Source: Bacteroidota bacterium
GTDB lineage: Bacteria > Bacteroidota > Bacteroidia > J057
Assembly (NCBI GenBank): GCA_003696835.1
Contig: RFHT01000822.1
Location: 1-12,008, forward strand
DNA length: 12,008 bases
Direction: 5' to 3'
Part shown: in pieces, positions 5,622 through 12,008 of the stretch
Layout of the letters: each line of letters opens with the position of its first letter
How positions within the stretch are numbered: the stretch's first letter is position 1
Translations under genes and position numbers: made by a program
Notes under the pieces: generated by a model
Seen by the model: the letters and a program-made list of their open reading frames with translations, nothing else
What the model was told of the DNA's origin: nothing
Database searches by the model: none

Positions 5622-7832
5622 ATGGATAGTATGTTAACTTCAGTTCTGATCGTAAGCGGCAGCATCATTGCCATTGTAGCGCTGGGGTTCATTATTGGAA
5701 TCTCAAGCTTTTACCGCAAGGTCACACAGGGAAAAGCACTGGTGAGAACCGGATTTGGAAAAACCAAAGTGGCATTTAAGGGGATGTGGGTCATTCCTCT
5801 GCTGCACAATGTGGAGATCATGGACACCTCCCTTAAGCAGGTTACGATCAGTCGGGAAGGCAAAGACGGCCTGATATGCCAGGACAATCTGCGGGCCGAC
5901 ATCAAAGTCGTCTTTTTTGTGCGGGTAAACTCCACCATGGATGATGTCAAGCGGGTGGCCAGTACCATAGGCTGTGCCCGAGCCTCAGATCCCGAGCTGC
6001 TTATCACCCTGTTTGAAGCCAAATTTTCCGAAGCCCTCAAAACCATTGGTAAGCAGTTTGACTTTGTAGAGCTGTACAATGCAAGGGAAAAATTCCGGGA
6101 GGAAATCATCAATCTCATTGGCCGTGACCTCAACGGCTACCTGCTGGACGATGCCGCCATCGACTATCTCGAACAAACGCCCATAGAATACCTGGATGAA
6201 GACAACATACTCGATGCCGAGGGGATCAAGAAAATCCGTGATCTGACGGCCAGGCAAATAACGCTGGCCAACAAAATTCAGCGCGAAAAGGAAAAAGAGA
6301 TCAAGAAGCAGGATGTAGAAGCCCAGGAGGCCATACTGGAACTGGAAAAGCAGTTGGTAGAAAAAGAAGAAATACAGAAAAAGGAAATTGCCTCCATACG
6401 GGCGCGGGAGCTTTCCGAAACGCGCACCATACAGGAGCAGGAATCGGAAAAGGCCGAACTGGCCCGCATTGCCAAAGAGCGCAGCCTGAAAATTGAGAAA
6501 GAAAATATGGAGCGCGACATCATTGTGGCTCTGAAAAACAAAGAACGGACCGATGTAATCGAAACTGAAAAGGTGAAGCGCGACCAGGAGCTGGAAATGA
6601 CTGAAAGGGAGCGCATTGTATCCATTGCCCAGATTGAAAAAGAAAAGGCCATTGAAGAGGAGAAAAAGAACATACAGGATGTGATACGCGACCGGGTAGC
6701 CGTGGAGCGCGAAGTGGTAGAAGAACAGGAGAAGATCAAAAATACCGAGGCCTTTGCAGCGGCCGAACGTGATAAAAAAGTGGCCATCACCCAGGCTGAG
6801 CAAAAAGCAGAAGAAGAGCTGGTACAAAAGATCAAAGCGGCCGAGGCCGACAAACAGGCAGCCTCTTTGGAGGCAGACCGCCGCATCATCTCGGCCAATG
6901 CGGAGCGCGAAGCGGTGGATAAGGAAGCCGAGGCCAAGAAAATCATGGCCGACGCCCTGGCTGAGGAGCATGCCGCCATCGGCCTGGCCGAAGCCCGCGT
7001 AATGGAAGCCAAAGCCCAGGCCAAAGAAAAAGAAGGCGAAGCCGAAGCCAGCATACTGGAACAAAAGGCCCTGGCCGAAGCCAAAGGCATAGAAATGAAA
7101 GGCCAGGCACAGGCCGGTGCCAACCAAAAACTGGGGCAGGTAGAGGCCCAGCTCAACATTGACAAAGGCCTGGCCGAAGCCACAGTCATAGAAGCCAAAG
7201 CCCAGGCCCAAAAGAAAATGGGGCTCACCGAGGCCGAAATCATCGAACAAAAAGGCGTAGCCGAAGCCAAAATTGTAGAGCAGAAAGGCCTAGCCGAAGC
7301 CAAAGGCGTAGCAGCCAAAGCCAAAGCCATGCAGGAGCTCGATGGCGTGGGCCGCGAACACGAGGAGTTTAAATTAAGACTCGAAAAAGAAAAAGCCATT
7401 GAGCTGGCCGGCATTGAAATTCAAAAAGACATAGCCGCAGCCCAGGCACAGGTGCTGGCTGAGGCCCTCAAATCTGCCAATATTGACATCGTGGGTGGCG
7501 AACAGGAGTTCTTCGAGCGAATTACCCATGCCGTCAGCCACGGAAAATACATGGACCGCCTGCTGGATAACAGCCAGCATTTGCTGGACGTAAAGAAGGC
7601 CCTCCTGGGCAATGGAAAAGAAAATGGGGACTTTGGCCAAAATCTTCGTAAATTTATCGCCCAGTTTAGTCTTTCTTCCGAGGATATCAAAAACCTGAGT
7701 ATTTCTGCCCTTATTTACAAAATGATGGAACAGACCTCAGACCCCGGCAAGAAAAATGTACTGCAGCAGTTGTTGGCTTCCGCTACCCAACTGGGAATTG
7801 ATGGCAAGAAGATTGACAGCATTTCTGCTTAG
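5622..7832 (+). CDS. Flotillin-like SPFH/band-7 protein (YqiK/FloT-like) with extended EA-rich coiled-coil
   Basis: This 736-aa ORF starts with an N-terminal TM helix (VLIVSGSIIAIVALGFIIGI). An SPFH domain follows ('KALVRTGFGKTKVAFKGMWVIPLLHNVEIMDTSLKQVTISREG...ADIKVVFFVRV'), then a ~350-aa E/K/A-rich coiled coil with EA repeats. The flotillin-type C-terminus 'ANIDIVGGEQEFFERI' is present. Minus-strand ORFs 5985..7250 and 6278..7414 are low-complexity shadows of the repeat region. Confidence 0.85.
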   Translation: MDSMLTSVLIVSGSIIAIVALGFIIGISSFYRKVTQGKALVRTGFGKTKVAFKGMWVIPLLHNVEIMDTSLKQVTISREGKDGLICQDNLRADIKVVFFVRVNSTMDDVKRVASTIGCARASDPELLITLFEAKFSEALKTIGKQFDFVELYNAREKFREEIINLIGRDLNGYLLDDAAIDYLEQTPIEYLDEDNILDAEGIKKIRDLTARQITLANKIQREKEKEIKKQDVEAQEAILELEKQLVEKEEIQKKEIASIRARELSETRTIQEQESEKAELARIAKERSLKIEKENMERDIIVALKNKERTDVIETEKVKRDQELEMTERERIVSIAQIEKEKAIEEEKKNIQDVIRDRVAVEREVVEEQEKIKNTEAFAAAERDKKVAITQAEQKAEEELVQKIKAAEADKQAASLEADRRIISANAEREAVDKEAEAKKIMADALAEEHAAIGLAEARVMEAKAQAKEKEGEAEASILEQKALAEAKGIEMKGQAQAGANQKLGQVEAQLNIDKGLAEATVIEAKAQAQKKMGLTEAEIIEQKGVAEAKIVEQKGLAEAKGVAAKAKAMQELDGVGREHEEFKLRLEKEKAIELAGIEIQKDIAAAQAQVLAEALKSANIDIVGGEQEFFERITHAVSHGKYMDRLLDNSQHLLDVKKALLGNGKENGDFGQNLRKFIAQFSLSSEDIKNLSISALIYKMMEQTSDPGKKNVLQQLLASATQLGIDGKKIDSISA
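6981..7330 (+). repeat. Intragenic imperfect tandem repeats (EA-repeat coiled-coil region of the flotillin gene)
   Basis: Units such as gccgaagccaaagcccaggcc, ggcctggccgaagcc and gccgaagccaaaggc recur. They encode reiterated 'GLAEA(K/R/T)x(I/V)EAKAQA' and 'EQKG(L/V)AEAKG(I/V)' modules. Confidence 0.6.
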
Positions 7833-7877
7833 ACAAGCCTCAACAAAATGGAGTGTTGAAGTATGGAAGCATCGGGC

Positions 7878-7891
7878 TCCTACTTTGCACA
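7878..7891 (+). promoter_or_regulatory. Shared 14-nt motif TCCTACTTTGCACA, copy 2 (92 nt upstream of the lipoprotein gene)
   Basis: This is identical to 4586-4599. It lies in the 150-bp gap between the flotillin and lipoprotein genes. Confidence 0.3.
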
Positions 7892-7982
7892 GCGATGTGA
7901 TTAACATTATACCCACTTGATGTGAACATATTTTGACACTCCTCTTTCCCTCTGCCGACTACCAGCCATTTAGCCACCCAAT

Positions 7983-8618
7983 ATGCTAGCTATGCCCAGG
8001 TTGTTCATGTTGATCCCTCTGTTTTTGCTCTTGTTTGCCTGTGGAGAAGGAAGGCAACAGCATGCCCCCCCCAGCCGTATTCAACGCATTGTACAGCTGG
8101 CTGCCGACTCTTCTGCCCTTAGGCGGTACGTACAGCTACAGGAGGGCGATATACAGTTTGAACAAATGCAGTGGACAGCCGTGAGCCCGGCAGAAAAAGG
8201 CTATTCCTATATGGAAATTTACAATGTATATGAAGCGGCTGATGGCAGCAGGGAGTACTATGTGCTGGAGTTTGAGCTGGATACCACCCAGCTGCAGGCC
8301 CGCCAACCCATTACGGACTATCAGTTGGTTGTAAAGCCCGACACTGCTTTTATTCAGTTGGAAGAACAAGCGGTATTTCAACTGGAAAAAAAATTGCTGC
8401 TGCAGGCCGGAGGCCAGCAGTTTGAGGTATATAAACTGCTGGGATTCCGGCATCCGCAGGACCGGGAAGCTGTTCACTACAAATACTGGAGTCCTGAATT
8501 TGGCACCTTGCTCATTTATTCTGGCGAAAAGGAGACATTTGAACTGACTGCAGACCCGCACAGGCAGGAAGCCATTCCCCAACTGATTGATGCCATTAAA
8601 CGAGATATTCATCCTTAA
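7983..8618 (+). CDS. Hypothetical lipoprotein
   Basis: This 211-aa ORF begins with a lipoprotein-type signal peptide, MLAMPRLFMLIPLFLLLFAC, which has an LFAC lipobox. The alternative start at M4 (7992) gives MPRLFML.... No family is recognisable from the rest of the sequence. The gene lies 150 bp after the flotillin gene and 18 bp before the giant ORF, on the same strand. Confidence 0.6.
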   Translation: MLAMPRLFMLIPLFLLLFACGEGRQQHAPPSRIQRIVQLAADSSALRRYVQLQEGDIQFEQMQWTAVSPAEKGYSYMEIYNVYEAADGSREYYVLEFELDTTQLQARQPITDYQLVVKPDTAFIQLEEQAVFQLEKKLLLQAGGQQFEVYKLLGFRHPQDREAVHYKYWSPEFGTLLIYSGEKETFELTADPHRQEAIPQLIDAIKRDIHP

Positions 8619-8636
8619 CCTCATTATTTGCTGCAC

Positions 8637-11600
8637 ATGGCTGATGTAAAAAATGCCCCGGCCCCAAAAACGGAACTTGAAGGGAGCACCTACCAGATCA
8701 TACAAAAACGCCTGAAAAAACAGGCCGCCCTCTTACAAGAGCAGCTGAACCAACTCAACGAAAGCCGCAAACAAGTATTTGGGGCCGTAGAAACCCGCCT
8801 GGTGGGCACCAACCGCATTACCACTGCCAACAACTGCATTCCCAAAGACATGGTTTCTGTCGGCAAGCAGTTCTTGTTTGGCTACAATGTTCACATTGGG
8901 CTGCGGTCGGAGATCAGGCTGGAAGATGTCTTCAGCCTTTATCGCTTTGAAGCCGAAGATCATAGTTTCCATCAGCAGGAGCTATCTCTCCTGGCCGACA
9001 AGCAGTTTGAAGAAGACTTCAAAAACCTCTATAAGTATTACAAGCATACCGTCTTTGCCAAATTTGCCCTGGTCGGACCGCATTTATTCATGGTATTTCA
9101 GGTGGGCAAGGGTCCGGGGGATGTCAAAACCTTCAAGTGGGCGCTGCAGGAGCACAGCCTCAGCTACCTGGGCAACCGCTTCGACCACGAATACAAGTTT
9201 CCCGATCAGCACGAGTTTGTGTGGAAACGCACCAACCGCGACATGCACCGCAGGGGCAAGCACCCCCATATCTCCATTCTCGACCGGGTATTTGTAGAAA
9301 CGGTGGGGGGAGACCTCACCATAAAGGTGGAGGACAATACCGATAGCGGCCAGGGCATATACGCCGAAGAGGTGACCCACAAAGAGCAAACCCTGGACGA
9401 TGCCGAAGTGGCCTACGCCGACCTGGGCAACCTCATCGTATTGCGCATACGTCCCTACCAGGAAAAGACTTACCGCTACTTCATTTTCAACGAAAAAATG
9501 CAGGAAGCCCTGCGGGTGGACAGCCTCGAACACGCCTGCGTGCTGCTACCCGATGAGCAGGGCCTCATTTTTGCCAACGGTTACTACCTGCAAACTGGTG
9601 AATACAAAATTTTTGACCACGCCATACAAGACCTGCAGTTCGAAAGACGCATAAGTTCTCCCAATGGAGAGGATTTCCTCTATGTTTTTTACAATCCCCA
9701 TACGGGCCTTTACGTGCTGCTGCAGTACAACCTGGTTAACCAGCAGGTAGCTACTCCAATTTTATGTCATGGGTTTTCTCTGTTCAGCAATGGAGAATTG
9801 TGCTACTTCCGGGCCGAAGACCAGCCCGGCAGGCATCACACCCTCCAAATTTGGCAAACGCCCTATACCCGCACAGAGATACGTACACAGGAACATACAG
9901 ACTCCTACCTCTTCAAGATAGGCAACAAGGACATTGTGCGTGCCATGGCCGAATGCAATGAGTTGCTTACCCTCATCCACAAAGGCGACACTTATACCAA
10001 TCTTTATATAGACCTGGTGCAGCATACCCAAAGCATGCTGGACAGTTATTACTGGATCAAACACCCCGAGGCAGGTGCTCTGGGTGAGCCCCTGCAAGCC
10101 ATTGGGCAAATAGCTGCTGCGGCCATAGATGAATTCGAAAAAGTGCGCCGTATCCGCCAACATACTGAAGAAGCAATACAAGCCGCAACGGATCGCCTGG
10201 AGCAATTGCTGCATCAGATTAAAAGGCACAAGGCCAAAAGCATTGAGCAGTATGTGCACCACCTGGCCGAATTGCGGCTGCTCAGGGGAGAAATCATTGG
10301 CCTGAAAGAGTTACGATACGCTAATACCGAAAAAATTGAACTGCTGGAGCAGCAAGTGGCCGGGCAAACCCAGAAACTCTCAGCAGACTGCATACAATTT
10401 TTGCTCAAAGATACTGCCCTGGCCCCCTACCGGGAACAGCTTTTACAGCATGAAGCTGCCATTGCCAAAGTCGAAAAAGTGGCCCAGGCCCGGGAAGCGG
10501 CCAAAGCCATTGACCAAACCGCAGGCGAACTCGAGCTGCTTATTGAGGTAGTGAGCAACCTCAAAATTGAGGATGCCACCGAAACTACCCGCATTATTGA
10601 GCAAATTTCGGATATTTATGCAGGCGTAAACCAGCTCAGGGCCCGCCTCAAGACCCGCCGCAAAGCCTTGCTGAGCCAGGAAGCCACTGCCGAGTTTCAG
10701 GCCCAGCTGAAATTGCTGGAGCAGGCGGTGGTCAACTACCTCGAATTGTGCGACAGCCCCCCCAAATGTGACGAATACCTCACCAAGCTCATGGTGCAGC
10801 TCGAAGAGCTGGAAGGAAAGTTTACTGAGTTTGATGAATTTGCCGATCAGCTGGCCCAAAAACGGGAGGAAATCTACCAGGCTTTTGAATCCAGAAAACT
10901 CAGCCTTACCGAAGCCCGAAACAAACGCGCCAACAACCTCCTGAAGGCCGCCGAACGCATACTGAAGGGCATACAAAACCGCCTGGCTGCTTACGAAGAA
11001 GTGAAGCAGATCCATGCCTACTTTGCCTCTGACCTCATGGTTGAGAAAGTGCGCGATATCATTGCCCAACTGCAAGCCCTTGAAGACAGCGTAAAGGCCG
11101 GCGATATTCAGGCGCGCCTTAAAAGCGTAAAAGAAGACGCCATTCGGCAGCTTAAAGACAAAAATGAGCTCTTCGTAGCCGGCAACAACCTCATACAGTT
11201 TGGCAGGCATCATTTCAGTGTCAATATTCAGCCCCTGGACCTTACCCTGCTTCCGCGCGAAGGCCAGATGTATGTACACCTTAGCGGCACCAATTTCTTT
11301 GAACAAATCGACCAGCCCGAACTGGAGAAAACCCGGGCAGTATGGGAGCAAAGCCTCCTCTCGGAAAACCAGCAGGTATATCGGGCTGAGTATCTCGCCT
11401 GGCAGATGTTTCAGACCGGGCAGTTTCCCCAGGATACCACACTTCCCGGCCTGCAGCAAAGCCTCAGAAAATTTATGGTCACCCGCTACCAGGAAGGCTA
11501 TACCAAAGGGATACACGATGCCGATGCCGCACGCATCCTGCACGAGCTCATACAACTGCATGCCCGGATCGACCTGCTAAGGTATGCTCCCCGGGCCCGG

Positions 11601-12008
11601 GCCTGTGCCTCCCTTTACTGGCATAGCCTCATGGGGGCCGACGAAAAACAGCTCATGAGCAGCCGTCTCAAAGGGGTCGGCATCATTTTGGAGCTCTTTC
11701 CTGATACCCGCGAGTTTGGCGACCTCGTTACTGATTTGCAGGAACACATCCGCATGTTTACGGCCCGCAGCCACCTTTTTGAGGAGGGCTTGGCCCTCGA
11801 AGCAGGCGAATACCTCTTTTTTGAGCTCAGCCGGGGCCAGCACTTCATCATCAGCCTGGAAGCTGCAGAGCTGTACCAATCCTTTCAGGCTTTTTTGAAA
11901 AAGCAAAAGATTAAGAGCAAGTTTGACCAAAGCATCGCACAACTCGCACATGCACCTGAAGAGCGCTTTGACCTGATCAGGAGCTGGCTCAGTGCCTTTA
12001 CCGCCCAG
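8637..12008 (+). CDS. Large hypothetical protein of at least 1124 aa, 3'-truncated by the window end; no recognisable catalytic or nucleotide-binding motif; N-terminal beta-rich repeat-like region followed by a long alpha-helical/coiled-coil region
   Basis: Manual frame-0 translation from the ATG at 8637-8639 (MADVKNAPAPKTELEGSTYQIIQKRLKK...) reaches nt 12008 without a stop, giving 1124 codons. It is absent from the ORF track, presumably because it has no in-window stop. The track lists only out-of-frame plus-strand fragments and minus-strand shadow ORFs there (9084..9533, 9762..10262, 10443..11561, 11577..11951). No frame-0 ORF is listed anywhere downstream of 8616, which agrees with a single open frame. 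I found no GxxxxGK[ST] motif. Confidence 0.8.
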   Translation, partial: MADVKNAPAPKTELEGSTYQIIQKRLKKQAALLQEQLNQLNESRKQVFGAVETRLVGTNRITTANNCIPKDMVSVGKQFLFGYNVHIGLRSEIRLEDVFSLYRFEAEDHSFHQQELSLLADKQFEEDFKNLYKYYKHTVFAKFALVGPHLFMVFQVGKGPGDVKTFKWALQEHSLSYLGNRFDHEYKFPDQHEFVWKRTNRDMHRRGKHPHISILDRVFVETVGGDLTIKVEDNTDSGQGIYAEEVTHKEQTLDDAEVAYADLGNLIVLRIRPYQEKTYRYFIFNEKMQEALRVDSLEHACVLLPDEQGLIFANGYYLQTGEYKIFDHAIQDLQFERRISSPNGEDFLYVFYNPHTGLYVLLQYNLVNQQVATPILCHGFSLFSNGELCYFRAEDQPGRHHTLQIWQTPYTRTEIRTQEHTDSYLFKIGNKDIVRAMAECNELLTLIHKGDTYTNLYIDLVQHTQSMLDSYYWIKHPEAGALGEPLQAIGQIAAAAIDEFEKVRRIRQHTEEAIQAATDRLEQLLHQIKRHKAKSIEQYVHHLAELRLLRGEIIGLKELRYANTEKIELLEQQVAGQTQKLSADCIQFLLKDTALAPYREQLLQHEAAIAKVEKVAQAREAAKAIDQTAGELELLIEVVSNLKIEDATETTRIIEQISDIYAGVNQLRARLKTRRKALLSQEATAEFQAQLKLLEQAVVNYLELCDSPPKCDEYLTKLMVQLEELEGKFTEFDEFADQLAQKREEIYQAFESRKLSLTEARNKRANNLLKAAERILKGIQNRLAAYEEVKQIHAYFASDLMVEKVRDIIAQLQALEDSVKAGDIQARLKSVKEDAIRQLKDKNELFVAGNNLIQFGRHHFSVNIQPLDLTLLPREGQMYVHLSGTNFFEQIDQPELEKTRAVWEQSLLSENQQVYRAEYLAWQMFQTGQFPQDTTLPGLQQSLRKFMVTRYQEGYTKGIHDADAARILHELIQLHARIDLLRYAPRARACASLYWHSLMGADEKQLMSSRLKGVGIILELFPDTREFGDLVTDLQEHIRMFTARSHLFEEGLALEAGEYLFFELSRGQHFIISLEAAELYQSFQAFLKKQKIKSKFDQSIAQLAHAPEERFDLIRSWLSAFTAQ

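Noticed and set aside
5985-7414. Two long minus-strand ORFs (421 and 378 aa) inside the flotillin gene
   Set aside because: These are low-complexity translations of the EA-repeat DNA read antisense. One is F/L/G-rich and the other is S/A/R-rich. Neither has a start context or any domain, and the plus-strand frame encodes a clear SPFH/flotillin protein.
7833-7982. Rho-independent terminator between the flotillin and lipoprotein genes
   Set aside because: Only a weak GGAG...CTCC pairing with a loop of more than 20 nt is present. There is no GC-rich stem followed by a T-run. Read-through with an internal promoter is more likely.
9084-11951. Minus-strand ORFs 9084..9533, 9762..10262, 10443..11561 and 11577..11951, and several short plus-strand ORFs
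   Set aside because: All lie inside the single open plus-strand frame-0 ORF starting at 8637. Their composition is L/G/F-rich and shadow-like. They tile the region without gaps, as expected for antisense and out-of-frame artefacts of one long gene.
1-12008. tRNA, rRNA, CRISPR array, IS/transposase, integrase
   Set aside because: I saw no tRNA-like GTTCGA(A/T)TCC T-loop. No direct-repeat/spacer array is present. No transposase or integrase-like ORF is present, nor are flanking inverted repeats. The window appears to be ordinary chromosomal DNA apart from the candidate system.

Overview
This 12 kb window looks like Bacteroidota chromosome: one protein ends in a T9SS C-terminal sorting domain, no gene has a Shine-Dalgarno sequence, and the intergenic regions are AT-rich. 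On the minus strand there are three co-oriented genes: a secreted metallophosphoesterase with a CBM9-like C-terminal domain, a YigZ/IMPACT-family protein, and a secreted HExxH zinc metalloprotease carrying a T9SS C-terminal domain. After a 378-bp ORF-free divergent intergenic region, four plus-strand genes follow, separated by short gaps (56, 150 and 18 bp) with no terminators visible between them. They are a YqiJ/NfeD-like inner-membrane protein with a C-terminal OB-fold, a 736-aa flotillin-like SPFH protein with a long repetitive EA-rich coiled coil, a small lipoprotein, and a very large ORF of at least 1124 aa. This last ORF starts at 8637 and runs off the window end with no stop. The supplied ORF track does not list it and shows only its antisense shadow ORFs. 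It has no P-loop or other recognisable catalytic motif. Its N-terminal half is rich in beta-strand-like repeats, and a central stretch of about 360 aa is predicted to be alpha-helical. I suggest that an NfeD+flotillin pair extended by a lipoprotein and a giant uncharacterised protein is a candidate undescribed membrane-microdomain-associated system. I also found a 14-nt motif shared by two intergenic regions, a 17-bp perfect palindrome in the divergent promoter region, and several lower-interest repeats and homopolymer tracts. I saw no tRNA, rRNA, CRISPR array or mobile element.
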